Shown here: positions 48,481 through 58,049 of the stretch, one piece after another
Layout: every line of letters begins with the position of its first letter
Numbering within the stretch: the first letter of the stretch is position 1
Assembly: GCA_963783885.1 (NCBI GenBank)
Contig: CAWAPJ010000002.1
Span: forward strand, 1-58,049
Length of the DNA: 58,049 bases
Source of the DNA: Waddliaceae bacterium
GTDB taxonomy: Bacteria > Chlamydiota > Chlamydiia > Chlamydiales > SLFE01
Direction of reading: 5' to 3'
Notes under the pieces: generated by a model
Seen by the model: only the letters and a program-made list of their open reading frames with translations
What the model was told of the DNA's origin: nothing
Database searches by the model: none
Program-made: the position numbers and the translations under genes

Positions 48481-51400
48481 ATGGTATCATTCATAAAAAA
48501 AATATTTGGCACCTGGCAGGACCGCGTTGTCCGAAAATACCGTAAAATTGTTAAGGATATCAATAAGCTTGAAGAAGAGCTTCAGTCGCTTAGCGATCAG
48601 CAGATCAGAGCCAAAACTGATGAGTTTAAAAAGCGTTTGCAAGAAGGCGAGCCCATCGACCAAATCCTTCCTGAGGCGTATGCGGTTGTAAAAGATGTTT
48701 GTCGGAGGCTCGTCGGCACCGAGGTCCACGTTTCCGGCTATGACCAAAAGTGGGACATGGTTCCCTATGATGTGCAGCTGATCGGGGCTATCGCCATGCA
48801 CTACGGGACGATTGCCGAAATGCAGACCGGAGAGGGAAAGACTCTGACGGCAACGCTCCCCCTTTATCTCAACGCCTTGACCGGACAGCCTGTCCACCTT
48901 GTGACCGTCAACGATTACCTTGCCGAACGGGATTGCCAGTGGACCGGCTCGATATTGAGGTGGCTGGGGCTGAAGACCGGCGCCCTGACGAACGGCACGC
49001 CGATGGAGCAGCGCAAAGGAATCTACGAATGCGACGTCGTCTACGGCACCGCCTCGGAATTCGGTTTCGACTATCTTCGCGATAATTCCATGGCGGTCAG
49101 CAAAGAGCAGCAGGTGCAGCGGGGGTATTATTTTGCGATTATCGACGAAGTCGACTCCATTTTGATTGACGAGGCCAGAACGCCTCTGATTATTTCCGGA
49201 CCGGCGCCCGAAAGCTATCAGATGTATGGTGATCTCAAGGGAAGCGTCAACGAGCTGGTACGCCGCCAGCGCGACCTCTGCAACCGGCTTGCCACCGAGG
49301 CAAGGCGTGTTTTGGATAAAAGGGATCTGGAAGGGTCTCTCCGCCCTTCAGATGAAGAGATTGACGGAGCTGTCAGAAAATTGTGGATTGTCAGCAAGGG
49401 AACTCCGCGCCACAAGGTGGTCAAAAGGATGCAGGAAGATCCCGATCTTCGAGCCGCTATTGACAACATCGACCTCTATTATCATGGAGAGCAGGGAAAA
49501 AGGGAAAAAGCCCAGGCTTTGGCCGATCTTTATATCATTGTTGATGAGAAGGGCAACGAATATGAATTGACCGATCGCGGTATCGCGACGTGGTCAGAGA
49601 TTGCCGGAGACGGCCATGACGATGACTTTGTCATGATGGACATCAGCGACGAGTATCTGAAAATCGACGGCGATCCGTCCTTAAGCGATGAAGAGAAAAT
49701 GCAGCAAAAAGTCGCCGTTCAGGACGAGGATGCCAAGAGGAAGGAGAGGGCCCACAATGTCCGGCAGATGCTAAGAGCTCATCTTCTGATGGAAAAGGAT
49801 GTCGACTACATCATTCAAGACGGCAAGATTGTCATCATCGACGAAAATACGGGACGGCCTCAGCCCGGCCGCCGCTTTTCCGACGGTCTGCATCAAGCGA
49901 TCGAGGCAAAAGAGGGAGTTTCCATTCAGCGCGAGACTCAGACGTATGCGACGATTACCCTGCAAAACTTCTTCCGCATGTACGGCAAGCTGTCGGGAAT
50001 GACGGGAACGGCGATTACCGAAGCGGCTGAATTCAAAGAGATTTACGAGCTTGAGTGTCTACCCATTCCGACGCACAAGCCCTGCATTCGTGAAGACGCC
50101 AATGACGAGATTTACATGACCGAGAGGGAAAAATACAACGCGATTCTCACCGATGTCAAGATCGAGCAAGAAAAAGGGAGGCCGATTCTTATCGGAACCG
50201 AGTCGGTGGAAGTGTCGGAAAAGCTCGCGAGGATTTTCAGGCAGAATCATTTGGAACATGTTGTCTTGAACGCCAAGAATCACGCGCGGGAAGCGGAAAT
50301 TGTCGCCAATGCCGGACAAAAAGCGGCGATCACAATCGCGACCAACATGGCCGGCCGGGGAACCGATATCAAGCTTGGCGAAGGGATTGCGTCTATCGGC
50401 GGCCTTTACGTCATCGGCACCACCCGCCACCAGTCCCGCCGAATCGACCGTCAGCTTAGAGGGCGGAGCGCACGTCAGGGAGACCCGGGAAGTTCCAAGT
50501 TTTATGTGTCGTTTGAAGATGCTCTTATGCGTCTTTTTGCGTCTCCAAGACTCAACGCGATTCTCCAGAAATTCAGACCTCCCGAGGGAGAGCCCATTTC
50601 CGCAAAAATTCTGAACCGCTCGATTGAGACTGCGCAAAAAAGGGTGGAACAGAGGAATTACACCATACGCAAGCATACCCTCGAATACGATGATGTAATG
50701 AATAAGCAAAGGCAGGAGATCTATTCCTTCCGCAACGATATTCTCGGCAATCCCCAAGTGATCGATCTGGCCTGCGAAGTCCTTGAGGATGTGGTTTATC
50801 AGGGTGCCGAGGAATATTTTTCCAGCCGCGTGGTTGAAGGGGGTTGGAATAACGAAGGATTCCGCGAGTGGCTTCTCGCCCACTTTCCCCTCAAGATCGG
50901 AGAGGGTGAGCTCGACAGGGACGACTACAGCGTTGATGATATCGCCAATCTGGCTGCCGAAAAGGTGACTTCGGCTTTTCGGGAAAAGTGCGAGCGCGAA
51001 GTCGAAAAAATTGTCGATCCTGCAAACCCCGCTCCTGCAGACAGGGACAATCCAGTTGAATACGCTGTCAGGAACTTGATGATACGGGAGGTCGACAGGC
51101 TGTGGCAGCGTCACCTCCTCTCGATGGATCATCTTCGGTCCGATGTCGTTCTGCGCCAGTTCGGCCAGCGCGATCCTCTTATGGAATTCAAACATGAAGC
51201 GTTTCAGCTTTTCCACGAGCTGAGCGTCAACCTCCGCACCACGATCGCTCAAAATCTCTTTAAGTTCGAACTGATGGCTGTCAATACCTCCCAGCTCGAG
51301 GCCATTTTAGGCCAGATGCAGATGGAAAAAGAAAGATCCCTTGTGGATCCGCTTGAACAGCCTGTTCAAGGACAGCCTGACCAGCAGCAGGAGCCCGAAG

Positions 51401-51513
51401 GAGAAAAATCTGCTCCTGTTCAAGTTATTAAGGGCTCCGGCCGCAACGATCCCTGCCCTTGCGGGAGCGGGAAAAAATATAAAAAATGCTGCGGCGCCAG
51501 TGTCGTGTCGTAA
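48481..51513 (+). CDS. secA: Preprotein translocase ATPase SecA
   Basis: MQTGEGKT, DEVDSILIDEARTPLIISG, TNMAGRGTDI, SEC-C GRNDPCPCGSGKKYKKCC. Confidence 0.99.
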   Translation: MVSFIKKIFGTWQDRVVRKYRKIVKDINKLEEELQSLSDQQIRAKTDEFKKRLQEGEPIDQILPEAYAVVKDVCRRLVGTEVHVSGYDQKWDMVPYDVQLIGAIAMHYGTIAEMQTGEGKTLTATLPLYLNALTGQPVHLVTVNDYLAERDCQWTGSILRWLGLKTGALTNGTPMEQRKGIYECDVVYGTASEFGFDYLRDNSMAVSKEQQVQRGYYFAIIDEVDSILIDEARTPLIISGPAPESYQMYGDLKGSVNELVRRQRDLCNRLATEARRVLDKRDLEGSLRPSDEEIDGAVRKLWIVSKGTPRHKVVKRMQEDPDLRAAIDNIDLYYHGEQGKREKAQALADLYIIVDEKGNEYELTDRGIATWSEIAGDGHDDDFVMMDISDEYLKIDGDPSLSDEEKMQQKVAVQDEDAKRKERAHNVRQMLRAHLLMEKDVDYIIQDGKIVIIDENTGRPQPGRRFSDGLHQAIEAKEGVSIQRETQTYATITLQNFFRMYGKLSGMTGTAITEAAEFKEIYELECLPIPTHKPCIREDANDEIYMTEREKYNAILTDVKIEQEKGRPILIGTESVEVSEKLARIFRQNHLEHVVLNAKNHAREAEIVANAGQKAAITIATNMAGRGTDIKLGEGIASIGGLYVIGTTRHQSRRIDRQLRGRSARQGDPGSSKFYVSFEDALMRLFASPRLNAILQKFRPPEGEPISAKILNRSIETAQKRVEQRNYTIRKHTLEYDDVMNKQRQEIYSFRNDILGNPQVIDLACEVLEDVVYQGAEEYFSSRVVEGGWNNEGFREWLLAHFPLKIGEGELDRDDYSVDDIANLAAEKVTSAFREKCEREVEKIVDPANPAPADRDNPVEYAVRNLMIREVDRLWQRHLLSMDHLRSDVVLRQFGQRDPLMEFKHEAFQLFHELSVNLRTTIAQNLFKFELMAVNTSQLEAILGQMQMEKERSLVDPLEQPVQGQPDQQQEPEGEKSAPVQVIKGSGRNDPCPCGSGKKYKKCCGASVVS

Positions 51514-51661
51514 AATTTTTTTGTTCAAATTCTCAGTCTAAGCTGCCGGGCTGAGTCGATCATAAGTGTCTTAATATTAATCAATATTGAGTCACTTATG
51601 ATCGGTTCATCGCGGCACTTAAAATGGGAATTTGTCGAAAAAATTTTTGCGACACGACACT
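51499..51661. repeat. 163-bp palindromic element inserted in the last codons of secA
   Basis: Terminal IR AGTGTCGTGTCG / CGACACGACACT; inner stem CGATCATAAGTG / CACTTATGATCG. Confidence 0.9.
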
Positions 51662-51676
51662 GGGGAAGAAGTCGCC

Positions 51677-51743
51677 AATTAAGTAAGTATTTTTGGTGAC
51701 CTTAGTTCTCCGGGGACTTAAGGTACCGAATGCTTACCCAATT
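51677..51743. repeat. Second, shorter imperfect palindrome downstream of secA
   Basis: GTAAGTATT...GGT.ACCTTAG / CTTAAGGTACC...AATGCTTAC. Confidence 0.6.
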
Positions 51744-51834
51744 AAACTCTTGCATGAAAAAGAGAATTTAATTCATAAAAACCATTAGAGAAAGCACTGA
51801 AGACATCGCCTTCTAAGCTTAGGACTTATTTATT

Positions 51835-52308
51835 ATGACCGCAACAAAAAAAACAAAGCTTTGTTGGAATTGCGAAGGAGTGGTAGACCGCAGTGCGGAA
51901 AACTGTATATACTGCGGCGTTTACCTTCATCCGGAAGAAGAAGACCTTGAGGATCACGAGCAGGAAGCTCCCCCTTCCCCTTATCAATCAACTGACTCTT
52001 ATGGAGATAAGGAACCGCCCAAACCCTCTTATCAATCCAAGGATGAAGAGTATAATATCGAAGAGCTTGAATCCGAAGAGGTTTTCAAAGGCTCGGAAGA
52101 TATTCGCGGAGTGATCCTTCCTCTTATTTTTCTCTTGGCGGGTTCTGTTTTCCTTCTCTTTAGTTTTGTTCTTTACTTCTTTTCCAAAGACGGCGTTTTC
52201 GTCCTGAAGTGGAACGCCAATTACTGGTTTATTTACCTCTTTTTCTCCATTCCCCTTCTCTATATTGGCTGGAGGACTCTTCAATACTTCGAAGAGCGGG
52301 GGAGTTGA
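51835..52308 (+). CDS. Conserved chlamydial protein with N-terminal Zn-ribbon and two C-terminal TM helices
   Basis: CWNC...CIYC; acidic linker; two TM segments; follows secA as in other chlamydiae. Confidence 0.8.
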   Translation: MTATKKTKLCWNCEGVVDRSAENCIYCGVYLHPEEEDLEDHEQEAPPSPYQSTDSYGDKEPPKPSYQSKDEEYNIEELESEEVFKGSEDIRGVILPLIFLLAGSVFLLFSFVLYFFSKDGVFVLKWNANYWFIYLFFSIPLLYIGWRTLQYFEERGS

Positions 52309-53165
52309 TTCAATTTTTAGGCAAAGTCTACGAAAAGGCCCTTGACAAACAGTTGGAAACAGGTGAGCCTGTCTGGCGTCATATTACGTTGATGCTCAAT
52401 CGATCATTTGCAGGAGCTTTAGGCGAGACAGTGTGCAAAGATGAGCTGTATTCTCTAAAAGAGAGGCTGCTTGCCGGAAATGAAGTATACAAAGAGGGAA
52501 TAGACATTCTTTTTGATGAAGTGATTCAAATCGAGGAGGAAAACGCAGGCGACAGCCTGTCGGAATGGAAACAGAGAAGAAAAAAAGCCCTTTTGCATGG
52601 AAGACCCTCAACATTATCCCATGAGAATATCGGAGAGTTTCTGGAGGAAATATATACTCCCTTTTACGGCAGCAAAGAATTTTCCTTAAATCCTGATGAA
52701 CTGGCGTCAGACATTCCTCTGGAAACAATGAGAGATTGTTTCAGAAGGCTTGGCGTTGTTCCGCTTAGGCGGTGGGAATCTGATTGGGACACATTAGTGA
52801 TCGGCTGCGGCAATCTTCGCCAGACGGGATGCGATGGAGAAAAAATCAACGATTTGTTCTATGCCAAAGAGCATGAACATGAAGGACAAGTGACCATTTC
52901 TCCCGATTTATGCGACAATCCCCACCTTCTGGCATTCGTGGGCAGTCAATTTATAGCCCCTTATTTTCAAGGGAAAAAATTTAAAAGGGTTATTTTTGAG
53001 GGCTTTTTTCCCTTCCCCCGAATGCGAAAAGAATTCTGCCGTGATCTCAATAAGATCGCGGACGGCAATATTCTCTTCGTTGAGGGAGGTAAAATCATCA
53101 ACATGACCGAAAAATTCAGAAACGTTTATGAAGATGTAGTTTTCTTTTCGGTTTCCTGTGAATAA
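52305..53165 (+). CDS. Hypothetical protein (degenerate Rossmann-like LVIGCG segment)
   Basis: TTG at 52305 overlaps the upstream TGA; long ORF. Confidence 0.6.
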   Translation: MIQFLGKVYEKALDKQLETGEPVWRHITLMLNRSFAGALGETVCKDELYSLKERLLAGNEVYKEGIDILFDEVIQIEEENAGDSLSEWKQRRKKALLHGRPSTLSHENIGEFLEEIYTPFYGSKEFSLNPDELASDIPLETMRDCFRRLGVVPLRRWESDWDTLVIGCGNLRQTGCDGEKINDLFYAKEHEHEGQVTISPDLCDNPHLLAFVGSQFIAPYFQGKKFKRVIFEGFFPFPRMRKEFCRDLNKIADGNILFVEGGKIINMTEKFRNVYEDVVFFSVSCE

Positions 53166-53337
53166 TCTGTAATGTAGAATCCCGATCCTTTGAAGGAGAG
53201 GCCGATTCCTCCGCCAAAGCCTCTTTTAAGAGTGGGCTTTTTGCAGTTGGGGCAGTCTCTAAGCGGCTCGTCGCTCATTTTCTGAAGAGCTTCGAGCCGC
53301 TTTTTGCAGCTTGTGCATTGGTACTCGTAGGTCGGCA

Positions 53338-53338
<1 letters not shown>
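53126..53338 (-). CDS. FmdB family zinc-ribbon protein
   Basis: MPTYEYQC..C...Q.MSD.P...CP.C; FKGSGFYITDY. Confidence 0.92.
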
Positions 53339-55358
<2,020 letters not shown>

Positions 55359-55389
55359 ATAACGCTCTCCTTGTTTATCTCAATTATCA

Positions 55390-55419
55390 ATTTTATGGCT
55401 ATAATCCTTTTTAAGTCAA
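55390..55419 (-). promoter_or_regulatory. sigma66-type promoter of groES
   Basis: Minus strand TTGACT-N18-TAAAAT. Confidence 0.5.
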
Positions 55420-55436
55420 GCTGATTGGGAATGTTT

Positions 55437-55463
55437 TTAGCAATAAAAATCATAGAGTGCCAG
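55437..55463. promoter_or_regulatory. Degenerate CIRCE (HrcA operator)
   Basis: TTAGCAATA-N9-GAGTGCCAG versus consensus TTAGCACTC-N9-GAGTGCTAA (7/9 in each arm), upstream of groES. Confidence 0.65.
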
Positions 55464-56763
55464 ATTTTAACTCCCGGCCAATAAAATTGACGCTGTAGAG
55501 GCTTGTTAGGACGACACCGGTCAAAATCGCGAAGACAAGGGGAATACAGGCGGAAATGCTTGGCAAAAACAGCAAAAGTCCCTGGAAGACTCCCGATCCC
55601 AGGGATTTTCCAAAGCGCGAGCCGATGCCGTCGATGTGGGTCTTGGCTTTGAGCTTTTCGTCGGAGCTAAAAGGGATAAACGCCATCTCTTTTGCCATAT
55701 CCAGAAGCGTGTAGCGGCTGCTGCGGCTGAGTACAACGTGCAGAGTGCCGAGAAAAAGGGCGCCGGCTGTGGAAAAAATCAAGGGGAGAAAAAAGAAAAG
55801 AGCCGAACCGAAAGTGACAACGGGTGTGATTAAGGCGATGGATGTCCAACTGCGCTTGCCAAGGAGAAAACCCAATGTGATGAGAGTGGACACAGCGCCG
55901 ATAGCGATAGAGACTTTGTTCATATAGGCGTTGTATTCGCCAGGGCTGGGATAGAACGCCACGACTTGGTCTTTCCAAATGACTTCACTTAAATTGATAA
56001 TTAGATTGAAGCCGATCACAAGAAGCAAAAGAGAGAGGAAGTAAGGTGATTGTTTGACGAACTTGATGGATTCGACAAAACCCATTTTTTCTCTTTGTTT
56101 GATGCAGAGCAGCGAAGGGGAGTCTTCGGAAAGAAAAGAAAAGAGGATAAGCGTCCAAAGTCCCAGAGCGATGATGAGGGTTGTGAGTATGTTAAATGTC
56201 AGCGTCCAGGAAGCAAAGGTTAAAAAAGTGACTGCAGCCCCTGCGATGATGGCGGAAAGGTTCCCTGCTAAAATGACAGCGGGGTAGTGCTTTTTGGCCT
56301 CCTCGAAAGCGATGATCTCATTGGCAATGCCCCAAAACAAGATATACCAGACTATTGTGGCCCAGCTTTCGGCCATAACATAAAATAGTGAAAGCGGCCA
56401 GAAGCGGATCATTGCTGTAAACCCTGTCCACCCTTCGGGGAAGAGAAGCTGGATTGAATCGGCAGCTCTATGAAAATACAGGGCATCTCCAAGAGGATAG
56501 AGGAGAAAGGCGAAAAAGGCGAAAAAAATGAGAAAGAATGAGATGACTGTTGAAAAGAGCTTTTTTAGACTCATGCGGCCCGCAAGCCATGTGAAGATCA
56601 TTGTCAGCAATACTGTGGAGGGGAGAAGGGCCCAGGTTTTGAGAAAGGGGATGATTTCGGCTCCGGTTTCGGGGATGATCAGCGCGTCTTTTAAATTTCT
56701 CAAAATATAGTAGTTGATACAGATGAGAGAACAGATAGCTGCGAGTAAAATGGTTTTTTTCAT
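55450..56763 (-). CDS. NTT/Npt (TLC) family nucleotide transporter, divergent
   Basis: ILRNLKDAL, GAEIIPFLKTW, YVMAESW, FWGIANEI, KEMAFIP, RFGKS.GS. Confidence 0.9.
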   Translation of the reverse strand: MKKTILLAAICSLICINYYILRNLKDALIIPETGAEIIPFLKTWALLPSTVLLTMIFTWLAGRMSLKKLFSTVISFFLIFFAFFAFLLYPLGDALYFHRAADSIQLLFPEGWTGFTAMIRFWPLSLFYVMAESWATIVWYILFWGIANEIIAFEEAKKHYPAVILAGNLSAIIAGAAVTFLTFASWTLTFNILTTLIIALGLWTLILFSFLSEDSPSLLCIKQREKMGFVESIKFVKQSPYFLSLLLLVIGFNLIINLSEVIWKDQVVAFYPSPGEYNAYMNKVSIAIGAVSTLITLGFLLGKRSWTSIALITPVVTFGSALFFFLPLIFSTAGALFLGTLHVVLSRSSRYTLLDMAKEMAFIPFSSDEKLKAKTHIDGIGSRFGKSLGSGVFQGLLLFLPSISACIPLVFAILTGVVLTSLYSVNFIGRELKSGTL

Positions 56764-57405
56764 AAAAGGGTGATGATTGTCAGGTGCCTGTCTTGTGTTT
56801 TGTCTCTTCGATAGGAATAAAATTCCTTTTCGTTTTCATAGGTGCAGATGCCTGCGATCTCCAAATGGTGGGGAAGGATGCCGCTCTTCAGTGCCTGCTT
56901 TCGGCTGATTTCCCAAAAGTCGAAATGGTTTTCTTTGATCCGATAATGGCCAAAATTCTTCGGGAATCTCTTTTTTGAAGTGGATAAATTCGGCATGGTC
57001 CGGCCCGAGGCTGGGACCTATGCACATGATGAGGTCAGCGGGTTTCGAGCCGTAATCTTTTTGCATGCGTGCAATTGTCTTGCCGTAAATATTTTGTATG
57101 CTTCCCCTCCATCCGGAGTGAACGCAGGCTGCGGCATGCCGGATAGGATCGTAGATGATCGCTGCCTGGCAGTCGGCATGTTTGACGGCGATGGAAAGGT
57201 TTTTTGTATCGGTGGTCAGCGCGTCGCCGACGAGCGGCGGATTTGCGGGCAGTTTGAGGATTTTGGATCCATGGACCTGGGTGGCTGTAACAAAAGAACA
57301 CTTGGGATCGAAACCCTTCAGGGTGACCAAGTGGCTGAGGCGGGGAAATTCCTGAAGCAGGGAGAATTCCAGCCACTCCGATGATTCTGTATTCTTTTTT
57401 ATCAT
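56760..57405 (-). CDS. pgeF: YfiH/PgeF (purine nucleoside enzyme/laccase-domain) protein; apparent +1 frameshift near 56945
   Basis: QVHG, DALTT, HADCQ, HSGWRG, IGPS; other frame continues ICTY...FYSYRR. Confidence 0.88.
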
Positions 57406-57418
57406 AGAGGAAGTAATT

Positions 57419-58049
57419 TTAGGACTTGTCGAGCCATTTTTTCAAGGTCTTTTGCAATTTGGGCTTCCTAATGGGTTTTTTGATATAGTCGTCCATGCCG
57501 GCGTTATAACATTTTTGATCTTCTCCTCTTCCGACACGCGCTGTCAGGGCTATAATGGGAGTTTTTTGCATTTTTCTTTCTTTCTCCAGCTCCCGAATGG
57601 TTTTTGCCGCTTCGTAACCGTCCATTTCCGGCATCACGCAGTCCATGAGGATCAGGTTGTAGCGATGCGACTTGGCCATGATCACTGCCTCTTTTCCGTT
57701 ACGCGCAATGGAGACCCGGAAGCCCCATTTTGTTAACAAATCGTGAATTACCTGCTGGCTGATCGGGTTGTCTTCGACGACGAGAATATGGAAGGTGTCC
57801 GAGATTTCGGAAACAAAGGGGGCGCTTTCCTGTTTTGCTTCGTGTTCTTGTCCTTCTTTTTTTCATGAAGCAGTGAATCGGCTTCATTTAAAAGATTGTC
57901 TACTAAAAGAGGTTTGGTCAGGATAGCGTTCCAGCTGTTTTGCGAATGCGATGGAACTTCGGCAAAATTGTGCTCAATCAAAACAAAAGGAGTCTCTTTT
58001 AATGATTCAAGAGATTGTATGTCTTTGATGGTTTTTTCCAATTCCTTAT
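57419..58049 (-). CDS. C-terminus of a hybrid sensor kinase/response regulator (receiver domains); frameshift at an A7 run near 57860; runs off window end
   Basis: ILVVEDNPISQ...LILMDCVMPEMDGYEA...PIIALTA...GMDDYIKKP; upstream degenerate receiver ILTKP. Confidence 0.85.

Noticed and set aside
50059-51252. Long antisense ORFs (e.g. 50059-51252, 34483-35544, 27931-28986, 23087-23941)
   Set aside because: They are shadows of well-supported genes on the opposite strand.

Overview
Chromosomal segment from an environmental chlamydia (phylum Chlamydiota). The call rests on conserved chlamydial gene order (recA-ygfA-MORN lipoprotein-PilO/PilM-like pair-yggT-dusB; nth-mnmE-psd-secA-Zn-ribbon protein), an NTT nucleotide transporter, an F-box effector-like gene and four tandem Cys-rich MOMP/Lpg1974-like porins. 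The main accessory feature is an ~11-kb, tightly coupled respiratory operon (20123-31092). It encodes a DsrL/NfnB/GltD-like FAD/Fe-S oxidoreductase, a CcoS-like microprotein, a Tat-exported Rieske protein, a fused cytochrome b with an APWY Qo motif, a 1345-aa seven-heme cytochrome c, a C-family (cbb3) CcoN, an enlarged CcoO, a second CcoS-like microprotein and a heme-less CcoP-like stub. Together these form a candidate NAD(P)H-linked complex III-IV supercomplex. Non-coding finds: a 326-bp non-autonomous IS200/IS605 element that keeps a TnpB omegaRNA-like scaffold but no ORF; three sequence-unrelated 162-163-bp palindromic elements, one of which replaced the SecA C-terminus; IS1 and IS91 remnants; and a degenerate CIRCE upstream of a groES-groEL-fmdB operon. 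Several genes, including eno, carry single-base indels that probably reflect sequencing/consensus errors. All calls come from motif recognition; no database searches were run.
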